A stretch of 64,000 nucleotides of DNA from NCBI GenBank assembly GCA_951406725.2, contig OX597819.1:19220001-19284000 (forward strand). The letters are read 5' to 3'. The stretch is from Octopus vulgaris. Lineage: Eukaryota. Each line of letters begins with the position of its first letter. Positions within the stretch are counted from its first letter, which is position 1. The notes below the pieces were generated by a model. That model was given only the letters and a program-made list of their open reading frames with translations, ran no database searches and was not told where the DNA came from. Of the stretch, positions 26,872 through 40,331 are shown piece after piece. A program made the translations under genes and the position numbers.

Positions 26872-27095
26872 ATACAAACTGGGAGAAGAACGTGAAACAT
26901 TTAGAAGACGACACAAAAAACACGGACGGGACTTTCGAAGCCCTCAGTCATCAGTCAAGAACCGGATCATCTTCGCAATTTCGGCTGATTAATCTTGAGA
27001 TTGCTCCGATCTGGGCAGCCCCCAAGGGAATTCTAAGCCAAGCGCATTAGATTCCTTGGAAGAAAGCCTCGAAAGTATACAAAATAGGGACGACC
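26872..27095. repeat. Interspersed repeat related to 18200-18361
   Basis: Shared segments; minus strand has CTGATGA...GAAA without convincing stems. Confidence 0.6.
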
Positions 27096-27538
27096 TATAT
27101 ATTAAACACACGCACACATATATACACATATACGCATATACAACTATCTGCTTTTATATCTATCTATATGCCTGTCTATCTGACTATCTCTCTCTCGCTC
27201 TCTCTGGGTTTCTCACCCCCTCTCTCTACATGTAAACATCTATACACCAAGTAACGTCATTAATAATTTTCCATTTTGTTTTTTGTCAATCTAATGTTTT
27301 AGAACGTTGCATGTATAGGTCATCATTGTATTACAGGAGAGTATGGAAGAGCTATCAAGATACATATAACTGCTAGAGTGAGGATGGAAGAAGTCGTGCA
27401 ATGTCCGAGGTATGATCAGCAATGCGGTTTTATACAAATATATATTTTTAGGCAGGCACTTACACACATAAGCACGGATAGCGTTTCATACTTACATGCA
27501 CACACACACTCACACAAATATTTAAATATATATATATA

Positions 27539-27923
27539 CTAGCAGTATCGCCCGGCGTTGCTCAGGTTTGTAAGGGAAATAACTATAAAGCATTTTTAGT
27601 GAGTTATAGCCAAAAAATAGCAAAAAAATGAAAAAAAAATGATGGTAAATCATTTTTTTGAGAGTTAAAAAGGTGGAGTTGCGTCCCCTAGACGGTCTGT
27701 CGTTTGGGTTTCTGATTCTCGACCCCATGTCGAATTTATCGATTTTTTTCAGAACTGGGGGAACTTTTCAACATTTTCGCTGCGTTAGTTTTGAATTATG
27801 ACATTGGGCTATGTGTGTGTCAAGTTTCATCAGAATCGGTTGAAAGCCGTGGTCAGAATGAGGGTACGAGAAAACAGACACACAGAAAACGCACAGACAA
27901 ACTGCCGTTTATATAGAGAGAGA
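27539..27923 (-). mobile_element. Complete non-autonomous Helitron, family H2
   Basis: Minus A|TCTCTCTATATAAA start, hairpin remnant ctgagcaacgccggg, CTAG|T end; interior unlike H1. Confidence 0.8.
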
Positions 27924-28000
27924 TATTTACATACATGCATACACACACACTCACATACGCGCGTACACACACACACCAATACACACACACACAAACATAC

Positions 28001-28082
<82 letters not shown>

Positions 28083-28351
28083 CTAAGCATGTATGTTTAG
28101 TTTTGGATGTGTTTATCTATGGTAATATATTTCTGATATATAGATGAGATAGCGTCTTGAAACAGCAGTCGCATAAATAAAATCTTGTCAACGATGTGTG
28201 TTTTCTCAAGTTATTATGTAAACTAGTTGTTCATGATAAAGCTATTTGAGACTTCCAACTCTTTGAAAAAACACAAGTATATAATTAGGGACTTGATATT
28301 TATCAGATGCCACGAATGCACATGAAGTAACCATATACATCTAAATGGATA

Positions 28352-28411
<60 letters not shown>

Positions 28412-29674
28412 TACATATACTCACAGAATTATATACATTCATTAATGTACATACACACGCATATATACATGTATACATTTATGTGTAAGTCTGTGTATGT
28501 GTTGTTATTTATGTATACTGAAATGTTGTCATGTATCTATTTCTATGATTAATGCTCTCATCGGATCATATAACAGAAAATGTTTGACTGATAACGTAAC
28601 ATATGTAAATAATAAGTATATTAATGTAAAATTTGATGCGCGGTCATGACGGAAGTGGGGAAGGCGACGAGGGCGATGTGTTAACAGGAATCACATAGAA
28701 ACATTAGAATTTTCATGAACACAAATCAACTTGTTAGTCAACTGTTTAATGAATATGCGCATACGATCATATCCGTTTCTGCTTCTGACGATCATCACAA
28801 AGAAAACAACACACACATTCTCAAAGCACACATACGCATACATAAAACACACATACACATACATACACGCATATTTACAAACAGGCATACACAAACCTCT
28901 GCTCACATAATTCAGTAAAAATTTTGGCTGTTTTTGTTTTCTCTTTGTACCTAACTCGTAGGGAACTCCGAGAAATTAATGATGTCTTATGCAGGTTATG
29001 CCATGCCTTAGACTTAAACCTAATTAGCAAAATTCCATGCCATCGATGTCTTCGAGATATTCATGCTTTCTTAATATTATATTTATGTTATATTTTTTAT
29101 TTTGGCAACATACACTTGGCGAAAAGGAACATAACATGTTTTATAGGAAAAAAAAAGAATTGTAGAGATCACATGGTCAATATAGAGCAATAACAAAATA
29201 TTATAAACATCAATCGTATATAATTGTCGCATTCCTGAAAACGGAATGATCAATGTTTATTCCGTAAGCATGGTAATTAACACGAGAATGCAATCGCAAA
29301 TGTTTAGCGTTGGGAATAACTTTCTGACTTCTACTTAATGATATAAGTGACAGAGTAGAAATATTAAGTTAAAAGTTTTTTTTGTTTTTTTTTAAATATA
29401 AGTCGATGGAGCAACTCCATTTTCCCCCCTGTATATTATGAATGTTCAGTCCTCCAACTGCAGTTTTTTTTTTCTTCTTTCTTGACAGATATTGAATTGA
29501 AACTGTTGATCCGGAACGGAATTCCAATAGGTCATTTATGGCTTAAACATACCTGCTTGAGATAAAAAAGATAAAAAGTTTAATGTATATATATGTATGC
29601 GCTCCAGCAAGGCCGTAGTCAAATGAGTGAAAGAAGTAAAAGAATATATATATATAAATATATATGTATGTAAA

Positions 29675-29764
<90 letters not shown>

Positions 29765-29853
29765 AAACACCTTTTAACAATTCAAAATGAATAATTAAAT
29801 TACACCATCTAGAAAATTACATAAATAAATAAATAATATATAAATAATATACA

Positions 29854-29911
<58 letters not shown>

Positions 29912-29979
29912 TTATATGTATATATGTACATATTCATGCATATATGTATGTTTGTATGTGTATATGTATCTACATAAGT

Positions 29980-30890
29980 CTTTATTCAGTTTTATTTCAT
30001 GAGTTCTTGCCAACAGAGAAAGAACCGGTTTCTAACCTAGATTCCGGGCGTCTTCACTGGAATTTCAACAGCAACAAAAGGGTATTTTTGTACGTATGTA
30101 TGTAAGTGTGTGTGTTTGTGTGTATGTTTCCATGCATATTTCTATATTTTGTTTCATGTATATCCTCTTGTGCATTTACTTGCATATCTTGACATGCTCA
30201 TATATACTTAAATGATATACTTCTAGAACATATTACAGAACTTTACAGTTCCGGTGAAGAATTGGATATGTAGTCGTCTTCCAATCAGCTTTCCTGTTTC
30301 TGATTTTGAGAATCCTAATTTGTCATGATTGGTCCTTAGGCAGTGTGTTACATATCCCAGTGCCCCAATAATTACAGGCATAAACATGAACTTGTAATCT
30401 GGATACAGTAACTGTAGATTTTTCAATAGTTCAGCGTAGACATTCTCTTGTTCACAACCCTTTATCTTTTTGCAAACATCCGCTGGGCAGCTGATTCCTA
30501 TAAGTGTACACAGTCTCTTTTCGTAGACCACAAATGAATATAATAGGTCTATTGTGCTTACATTTTATTGAGTTTTTCACTGGTATTCCTTTTGAATTTG
30601 GTTTTTATGTTGTCCACCTCATTGTAGGTTCTTATTTCTTTGTTGTCTGGCTATCTTTTCCACGGATCTTGTTATACGGTGTCCCGGATACAACTTTATG
30701 TCACATCGGTAGATAATACCGTGATGACACTTCCGGTCAACTGCTTACTCTGTGGGTGATATCGTCGGTGTTAACTCCAACATGTCTGCATCGGTTGTCA
30801 TATTTTACTGCATTTCCTGCATCTCTGCCTCAGATATTTGGCTAATATTTCCTGCTCCTGCATTGCAAACTCATAATCTTGAAAGTGTAT
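29980..30890 (-). mobile_element. R4/Dong-type non-LTR retrotransposon 3' fragment (zinc knuckle remnant, RLE, 3' UTR)
   Basis: ORF 30223-30531 LCTLIGISCPAD...YAELLKNLQLLYPDYKFMFMPVIIGALG; upstream CR....DDITH remnant. Confidence 0.8.
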
Positions 30891-30907
30891 GTATGTAGTT
30901 ATGTCAT

Positions 30908-31025
30908 TGTTCAGTTTTATTTCAAGATTTCTTGTGAATAGAGAAAGAGCCCTTTTCTAACGCAGATCCAAGGTTCCTTCATTGAAATTTCGACATCAAC
31001 AACTGGGTATTTTTGTATGTATATA
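30908..31025 (-). repeat. Second copy of the same 3' UTR
   Basis: ttcagttttatttca...agagaaaga...gggtatttttgta repeats 29985-30095. Confidence 0.75.
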
Positions 31026-31423
31026 TACATATGTGTATGTTTCGATTCATGAATGTATGTATGCATGTATATATGTGTGTATGTGTGTGTATATGTTTAT
31101 CAAAGAAGCGCTACGGTGTTTTAAATTTCTACTGGTATTGTATTCTTCTAAGTCGTATTTGAAGGATTTACCCACACCGTGATTGTGCACTGTATTGAAA
31201 ACTGAAATAACTCTCTCACAGACTTGCCATTTCATTATAAATGTAGCTATATCTGTATACGAAATGCTTTTCATATGTTGGGTTTGTGAAAACCTTTCTA
31301 TATATTTCAGTAACTAAATGCAGCTGCATGGTCACAAAAACATACGAACTTGAACGGCGCCCACAAATTATTGTTCTCTTCCTAAACAAGTTGTTCTACG
31401 CAATGCTCACTTACTTTCTGTCA

Positions 31424-32435
31424 CCTTTATATATATAAAACTGAGAATGTGTGTCTGTCTGTGTGTTTATCTAAAAATTGAGAACTACTCATCCAATTTC
31501 ATTCAAATTTTACACATACCTTACTTAGGGTCCATGTAGTTTCATGGGCAAAACAAATGTTCAACTTCTTGCCTAGAGCGAGCCCATAGCAATATCATAT
31601 ATTCTTCACTATTTCAGTATTACGTGTTAAAAGTGAAACAAAAACGTTTCTCTAGTTTATGTCAGATACTTTCACTTTAACAATAAAAATAATAACAATT
31701 GAATTATATGTAGTAAGTAATAATTAAAATCAAACTAAAATAACATGACAAAAGTAATGATAGCAATTGGTATAAAATTGCATCAATGTTTTGAACTTGA
31801 ATAAGTGGTTTCACATGAATGGGAATAAATTAAAACTAAAATTAGCGTCCAGAAATGGAATAGGCCAGATGGATGATAAAAAATTAAATTAAAGGAAAGA
31901 CTATTGTCTATAAAGTATACAATATAGAGAAAAAAGATTTGAACAAATGGAGGAAAGCATCTTCGAAAAGTGTCTTGGTGCGACTATGAAAGGTATCTAA
32001 TCAGAGGCGGTAAATTCGCCACAATAGAAGCAATGTTCGAGTCAACGGAGCGAGCAAGGGAGTACTCGACTCGAACTTGCAAAGTGCAAATAATTTATTT
32101 TTACCTTTATATCTGGGACTTAGGACGTCCCGGAAAAAAATTTTAAATGCCCCCCCCCCCCTCCAGAAGTAGAAGTAGGCTGGATTGTAGCCACACTTCT
32201 ATGCAAGAGGGAGGACAAGACACAATTGATCGAAATTACAAGAGACTGACTAACAATTCGAGTCTGTTATATATTTTGAGCATTGTTAACACTAGCGGTA
32301 TCAAGATATAACTTTGTATTTTGTATTTTATGTGTAGATGTATATATAGAAGTACATGTAATATGTACACATATATATACACATATATACATGCACTAGC
32401 ACTATGACCCGGCAACGACGGGTCTTTAATGCTAG
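31424..32435 (+). mobile_element. Putative Helitron H3 (5' end near 31424, 3' end 32435; continuity uncertain)
   Basis: TATATATATAAAACTG...(TGTC) start like H1/H2; hairpin gacccg(gcaacga)cgggtc followed by CTAG|T. Confidence 0.5.
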
Positions 32436-32664
32436 TACTCAATAAATACGTAAGCATCAAATTTAGACAAATAGCAGGAAATGTTATTCAGTATCAGAAA
32501 TTTGTTAATTAAACACAATCTTTTGCAGTCTCGAGCAGGTTCAAATTCAGTGAATATATAAAACATTAAGCCAGAGCTTTGTCAATACAGATTGTATATA
32601 TATGTGTATATGTGAATCTGTGAACGTAAACACACACACATGCGCACGCACACATACACACATA

Positions 32665-32869
32665 TAGTAATCCCTCGCCATATCGCGAATCATCTATCGA
32701 GCACTTAATACATCGCGGATTTTTCTGGCTAATATATTTAAATTTCTATCGCGGACTCCTCAGTATATCGCGGGTTTCTGCAGCCGATAGGTTTTTACAT
32801 TTCTTATATGGTAATTATTACTGTGGGAGATTTTGGAACGTTACACATGCGATAGTCGGGGGATTACTA
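32665..32869. mobile_element. pogo/Tigger-like MITE
   Basis: TIRs tagtaatccctcgccatatcgcg / tgcgatagtcgggggattacta with TA flanks. Confidence 0.8.
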
Positions 32870-32916
32870 TATATATATATATATAGATAGATAGATAGAG
32901 AGGGAGAGAGAGAGAT

Positions 32917-32951
<35 letters not shown>

Positions 32952-33540
32952 CATGTATACACATATGTACATATATATAAATGCATATATATATATAATT
33001 ATATGAGTGTTTGGTGTGTGTTGTGCGTAAGTATGTATTTGTGTATGTATTTGTATTTCTGTATTTTGGTGATTTTCTGGTCTTTTTATATATAAATACG
33101 TTTCTAAATAATGATTGAGGTAGAAGAAAAAAATTGAACAATGACGAAATATTATATTTAACATATATAAGAACAACCTCACAAATTACAGAAAACAGCA
33201 AAATAATTTTTCAAAATATTCTTAATAAACAAAAACAAATATATCCGTAAATTTTGAAACGAAAATCACATCGACAGATAAGATATAGCAAAAACATTAA
33301 TTTTCTTGAGATTATTATTTCATTTATATTTTTTTTTATTTCTTTATTTGTTTGAAGCCGTGGTTTTTTGTTTTTGTTCTTGTGTTGTTAAGTGTGTTAT
33401 CTTTATAAATCTAAGAATTTTTTTCTTTTTTCTCTTCTCTGTGGGTTTCGTTGCGTTTCCATGATGTTCTTCTTATAGTTGCAGGTTTTTCTATTTCTTT
33501 TATGATTATGTTTTTTTCCTTGATTTCATCCTTGTCGATA

Positions 33541-33980
33541 TTCTTCTTCTTCTTCTTCTTCTTCTTCTTCTTCTTCTTCTTCTTCTCCCTCTTCTTTTTT
33601 TCTTTTTCTTCTTCTTTTTTCTTTTTCTTCTTCTTTTTCTTCTTCTTCTTCTTCTTCTCCTTCTTCTTCTTCCTCTTCTTCTTCTTTCTTCTTCTTCTTC
33701 TTCTTCTTCTTCTTCTTCTCCTTCTTCTTCTTCCTCTTCTTATTTCTTTTTCTTCTTCTTTTTCTTCTTCTTCTTCTTCTTCTTCTTCTTCTCCTTCTTC
33801 TTCTTCCTCTTCTTTTTTCTTTTTCTTCTTCTTTTTCTTCTTCTTCTTCTTCTTCTTCTTCTTCTTCTGCTCCTTCTTCTTCTACTTCTTTTTCTTCTTC
33901 TTCTTTTTTCTTCTTCTTTTTCTTCTTCTTCTTCTTCTTCTTCTTCTTCTTCTTCTCCTCCTCCTCCTCCTCCTCCTCCC
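33541..33980. repeat. (TTC)n/(CTC)n polypyrimidine tract
   Basis: Read directly; about 440 bp, almost purine-free. Confidence 0.97.
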
Positions 33981-34818
33981 TACTCATTTCCCCCCCTTTG
34001 CTCTCATCTTCCTATAGTGTCAGTATATTTTAATTTAAAATCTTTTTTCAATCCAGTTGGTGAAAATCGTTTCTATTTTCATAGAAAGCTAAATAATTTT
34101 TTCGAATTCTAACATCACGCTAGAAATCAGCTCAAAATACCGCGATTATAATAAAACACGCCACGCAAACCAACAACTGCATAAGCAACCATTACCAACA
34201 ACAACACATAATCAAAAAAAGAAACAAACAAGTGTAACAGCAATTGTTGATGGTTCAGTCCATCAATTGGCGCGAAATTTTTAGGTGATGGGGAGTCAAT
34301 ATCATCGCCCCCCCCACCTTTACTTCCTCTGGCAATTTATTGTATCCAATCATGTTTTATTTGTTTTACTTGGAGAATATGAAGGACAAGTCTAAGTCCT
34401 GGCGCAAATCTACTTTGCATTTCGTATTATCGATTCCGAACGGATTAACGGCAAAATTTAGCTGGACGGGATTTGAACATAAAGAGCCGAACAAATTACT
34501 CAAAACAATTTTTTTTTTTTTTTTTAGTTCTTTAGCGGTTCTGCAAATATGATTTTCACAAAAAATAAAAATTTGAATAGAATGCGAAGAATCATGCAAT
34601 TTCTTTGTATGTAACTTCCCGGTTCTGATTTGAAAAATGTGACTCTGCATGTATGCCATAAACACAATTTGAGAACTGTGCCTCCATCAAGAAATAGCTG
34701 CTAAAAAACAAATAGTACGGTTTCAGTACGCAAAGTAATAATTCGCAGAAAATGAGAAAGTAAGGATACACTGGGTTATGCTTATACAAAGAGACAAAGA
34801 TGGAAGAATGGTAATTGA

Positions 34819-34940
34819 CTAGAAATTGTTGTGAAGAACCGCCATGGGAAGATGTGCTTTGAAATCGACATAGCAGTCCCAATTGATGTTAAACTAGGAA
34901 TCAAACAGTTGGAAAATTTATTCAAGTTTTAAGATTTGGG
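34819..34940 (+). pseudogene. RLE endonuclease fragment 1
   Basis: LEIVVKNRHGKMCFEIDIAVPIDVKLGIKQLENLFKF*DL. Confidence 0.65.
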
Positions 34941-35154
34941 GTGGTACACATAAACGCCTAATCCACATCACAGAAATAACAAAAGTTCATGGCAGACAAA
35001 AATAGCATGATTTGGCACAACAGACATATTCAATAAGAGAATTTCGATTAAATAAACAGAATTAGGGAGAAACAAAATTCACTTCACATACAAAATACGT
35101 GCTTGAAAATATTCAGTGAGAGCACAAATGTAAAACGGAAAATTAATGAGTTAC

Positions 35155-35213
<59 letters not shown>

Positions 35214-35224
35214 TAATAATGTTC

Positions 35225-35720
35225 CGTGGAAATCAGGGCTTACAAAGAGCAAAGACGTGGTATGAGCAATCTCCTGAAGGAGTCACCGAAAATGAGAATT
35301 GAAAAATCCTGTGGGGTGCAATGATGCGATCACCCGACGAGACATCGGAAACCAGGAATTGTTGTGATGAAAAAAAAAAGAAGAGCATGTATGATAATCG
35401 ACATAGCATGCCCCGATGACAAAAAGATCAATGTGAAAGAAAAAATAATAAACAGCTATGACGATTTGGAGTGGGAAATACGAAGGTTGTTGACTATGTA
35501 GAGAATAGATTTGATACCAATAGTAATTGGGCCACTCAACTACGAACATGGCAGAAAAAGATTGGTGCAAGTGTAGAGGTAGAACACCTACAAAAATAAG
35601 CATTGCTTGGAACTGCAAAAATTCTTTGCTAGGTTCTTGAAGCATCACCAGTAAACATGTGTCATCATAGTCAGCTGGTTGTGGTTAGCTGGCACTTTCC
35701 ACCATACCCAACAAAATACA
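35225..35720 (+). pseudogene. RLE endonuclease fragment 2, downstream of (TAA)n 35155-35220
   Basis: HRKPGIVV / CMIIDIACPDD / YDDLEWEIRRL / IPIVIGPL / ALLGTAKIL, with frameshifts. Confidence 0.75.
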
Positions 35721-35764
35721 TTTTGAGTTCTCATACAATACAAAAGATAATAATGATAGAGGGT

Positions 35765-36020
35765 TAAAATGTGATGATTCTTTTGGACTTCCCAGTATGT
35801 ACAAAGCGGACCATCAAAGCAAATAAACGAGATATCGTTGTCAAAGGCCAAAACAATAAAGTATGTTTATTGATTGATATGAGCATACTCTGTGATCATA
35901 ATATCTTGGAAAAAGAATTTGATGAGCTCAGAAAACAAAGATTTTCTAATCAAAATCGAAAAGATGTGCATCTAAAAACGGTTACAATACCAGTGATTGT
36001 CGGAGAACTTGATATGCATT
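35765..36020 (+). pseudogene. RLE endonuclease fragment 3, same family as 38780-39000
   Basis: DFPVCTKRTIKANKRDIVV...CLLIDMSI...TIPVIVGEL. Confidence 0.85.
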
Positions 36021-36021
36021 A

Positions 36022-39000
36022 GGCAGGTCATCTGAGGAGAATCACACCGCACACTCTTGTCAAATATGGAGAACATGAAGTCAAGCAAGGAGACTATATT
36101 TGGAATAAAACATGTTAGCAAATTTTAGGAGGAATATCCTCTGAAATAAAATACTTACAGATATTGAAGTAACAGCGATCAAGCACGCCGTGGAAAATGA
36201 CCTAAATATAAAACGGAAAGGAAATGAAGAGCCAGACGAAGAAAGCAATTTTTCACGAGTCTCAATTGAAAGATTGTCATTTGACCAGAACACGCAAACG
36301 TCTGGCGAAATAAATTGCAATTTACTTGATAAAGATAGCAAGCAAAGTGGTAAAGAAACAATACTTGAAGACTATGCATTTACTGAAGAACGCAGAGAGT
36401 CTATGATATAACTGAAGCAGATGATCTTGAATAAGATTACGGTTGTAAGATACACCAATATGCATGGGAAATGAACCATCTCATAAAATCTCAAATATAA
36501 TCCCAAATAGAAAACAAATTAAAATTGGAAACTGTGTAACAAAGGAAATTATACAAGAACTAAAACCAGATCTCACTGAATTAAATGAAATTATTTACAC
36601 AGCTGCGAAGACAACTGCAACCAGTTGTACGTCTCTGAAAAAATAAGAAATACAAACCTGAGAAAAATTCAAAACTGGAAATATAAAATTGTAAAGCGAT
36701 TGAAATAATGAGAGGTGATATATATCAATACTGAATGAACTAATCTGAGGAAACGATATGAAAACCAGAAAAGGAAGAAAAATGTAGAGAAATATAGATT
36801 CTCAACAAGAGTACTACTTTCACCTAAAGAAACACAGTAAAAGTCCAAGCAAAAGCTCAAAAAATATGAATATTTGTGAAGAAAACAAATTTTACAAACA
36901 AAATAAGCTGTTCACATCCAATGGGAAAACATTCTACAGAGAAATAGGGAAAGAGAAAATAACCATTGAAGACTCTCCCCCTCCTATGGAAGACGTTAAA
37001 AACTTCAGAAATAACATCTGTAGTGATGACAGGACTTACAATGAAAATGCAAATTGGATTAGACGCACCGAAGGACGCTACCAAAACTTACCAGAACAAG
37101 CATAGGAATACATCACAATAGCAGACATAAGGATGACACTCACGAAAGCTGATAAGTGGAAATCCCCTGGTAATGATAGGGTGCAAAATGTATGGCTCGC
37201 CTCGCTCCCGAGTGCGCAGGAAAAGTGAGCCTGTTAATCAATGAAATTATGAGAGATACAACGCGGACACCTGACTGGTTAGCAAGAGGTATTACTTACC
37301 TACTGCCGAAGTACAATGAAGCCCATAACATGCCTATCTACCATGTATAAAATTTTAACATCCATCCTCGTGAAGAAAACATACAAATTTATGGAACAGA
37401 ACAATATTTTCCCCACTGAAGAAAAGGTTGCCGACGAGGCTCATATGGATGCAAAGACTAAATCTTAGTCAATCGAATGATCCTTGAGAACTGTCATAAC
37501 AAACAGGGAATTCTCAGTTCTGTAAGGATTGATTATAAAAAGGCGTTCGACAACACACTTTATTTATGGATCTTGAAAACGTTTGATATTTTCAAAATTT
37601 CTCCTGTGATTTCAAACTTCCTGAAGCACAGCACGTCAATGTGGAATATGAATCTCCAATTATACAACTCGAATGGAGTTCTGACCACAAAATATTAATA
37701 TCAACTGCAGCATTTTCCAAGGTGACTCACTTTCACCTTTAATTTTTGCATAGTCCTTAATGCATTTACAGGTGTACTTAACAGATCAGGGTATGGATAT
37801 AAAATTGGCGAAAATAAAATAAGTCATCTATTTTATATGGATGACCTAAAACTCTATGGTAAATACGATGATAAACTTGAAGGACTACCACGTACTGCGA
37901 AAGTATTCAGTGGTGAGATCCTTGTTACGTGCAAGTAAAATCCGAGTTACGTGCACGTAACAAGGTATTGGCTAAAAATTCCTTAGCAGTTGCCGTTGTT
38001 ATTTACAGTTTCAATGTTTTGAACTGGAATATGTGCGAAAAAAGAAGGATTGTCAGGTAAATCAGTAAGCTGCTGACTTGCAATAAAATGCTCCACCGAA
38101 AGACAGGTGCGTCTTTACTTACCCAGCATTCAAGGAGGCCTAGGCTTGATCCAATTTGAAAATGTCTATCACAATTAGAGGGGCGAAATATCTTGAAACA
38201 TCTAACGACAGGATGCTATACCTCGTTGAAAACCACAAAAGACTTAGGAAACTTCATTCTGCTATGAAGGAGTACAAAAAATGTTCAAGTGCATTTATGC
38301 ATGATGGCCAATTTTAATAGCATGACAGAAGTGCAACAACTGTAGTTGCAAAGAAAGTGAAATCAATAGCAAAGCAAAGTGCGTTTGAAAAATTGGCTGA
38401 TAGGTGGAAACACCAATCTCTGGATGGCAAATATGTGGGCCGTAGCAAACAACGTAGACCAGAGGCCCACTCACCTGTGGCAACGAAGCTTAGGGTTAAA
38501 GGCTGATTGAAGGTTTTATATTGGTTGCACAAGTTCAGAGCTTGTTAACCCGGAACTATCAAGCCGACGCGATGAAAAATGTTGCAGAACCAAAGTGCCG
38601 ATACTGCAGTGATGGGATAGAGACAGTGGACCATCTAATCTAAGGATGAAAGGTTTTAGCACCTGTAGAGTACAAATGACAGAATTGGCGAATAGTTTCA
38701 ATGGATAATGTGTCGCCTTTTAAACTGCCGACAGATCGTAGAATCAACACCCTAAGTCTGTAACTGAGTGAGTAAATGTAACGATTCATTGGGACTTTCC
38801 TGTATGTACAGATCGGACCATCAAAGCAAATAAACGAGATATTGTTTTAATAGACCAAAACAATAAAGTCTAGTTATTGATTTACATGAGCATGCTCAAT
38901 GATCAAAATATTTCGGCAAAAGAATTTGATAAGCTCAGAAAATATAAAGATCTGCTTATTGAAATCGAAAAGATTTAGCATATCAAAACGGTTACAACAA
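36022..39000 (+). mobile_element. Decayed, near full-length R4/Dong-type non-LTR retrotransposon (RT, zinc knuckle, RLE)
   Basis: Motifs in order: KWKSPGND, PDWLARGITYLLPK, PITCLSTMYKILT, IDYKKAFD, FQGDSLSP, HLFYMDDLKLY, GGLGL, KCRYC...ETVDHL, WDF...ANKRDIV...KYKDL; many stops and frameshifts. Confidence 0.93.
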
Positions 39001-39794
39001 TGTAACAGATACACGTATGTTAGTTATATTATATACTGACTTATATATACCGACTTATACGGAAAATATATCTTGCGCAGGTTATTCCACTAAGTAACAA
39101 GAGCATTTCCAATTCTTAAAAAGATTACTTTCTCAAAACCTCAACGTATCTTATAGAGTTCCATTACCATACATACGAAAGTTTACTGCAGATGTTTTGG
39201 CTAAAAGCTTGTTATTTTTCAAATAGCTTTATACATACTGTCAATATTTTACAAGAATAAAACAAATTTGTTCAAATGCCTGTGTTACTTCTCTAACAGC
39301 AGCGGGCCGACAAGCCTACGAATGTGTTTCGAGCGACCCACTGCTTTAAAACAGGTGTTACTTTGTTTGCGTCGGTCGTACATTGCACTCTGGTAAATGA
39401 TGCCGATAGAATTAGCACCTTAATTAAAAATACATTATGCACTGAAGACAAATCGTTCAAGGTGTCTCAGCGTGGCTGAAGTCCAATCACAGATACAAGG
39501 AAACGTCGAAAGATCGAACACGGTTCCTACATTTTATTTACCATTAAATATGGCCTTCTTAAAAAATACATTATTCTTCCAGGACATTAACCGATATATA
39601 AATCTGTGTGTGTGTGTGTGTATTAGAATGGTTTTATCAAAATATATGGTGAAACTTTACATATTGCATTCCAATAAACTTTCACACGTAAATTCTTTTC
39701 TATACTTTCATTAGTGAACAAATATTTTGTAATAACGACAATGTATATGTATATACGAGCTGTTTGGAAAGTTTTGAATTAATTATATAACATC

Positions 39795-39990
39795 ATGTTT
39801 AGGAAAGGCAGAACTTTAGAAATCTGTAGTGGGAGGGCAAAGTCGATAAAATCGACCTCGGTTCTTGAGATGTGTTTTATTTTAGAGTCCTTGGAATGAC
39901 GAAAGGAAAGCTTGCCCCCCGTCTGGGTATGAATTGAGAATACATAATGAGCCTGAACAAAAACAACGGGGCGACTGTTATTCAATTACT
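39795..39990 (-). mobile_element. Decayed SINE, family B
   Basis: aagtcgataaaatcgacctc...gaaaggaaagctt. Confidence 0.5.
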
Positions 39991-40220
39991 CAATTTTCTA
40001 GCACTTCTTCCAATTCGAAAGCATTACACACACACACACACACGCACGCACACACTCACACACACACACACACACACACACACATAAACACACACACATA
40101 CACACAGAGGCATTTTAGTATATTTATTCATGTATGCATATATATATATATATATTTATTTATAAATATACATACATATATGTATGTGCATATTTATGTA
40201 TACATATATGTATGTATAAA

Positions 40221-40331
<111 letters not shown>

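Noticed and set aside
26920-26990. Hammerhead on the minus strand of the 26872/18200 repeat
   Set aside because: CTGANGA occurs in both copies, but stems could not be built consistently and one copy has GAAT.
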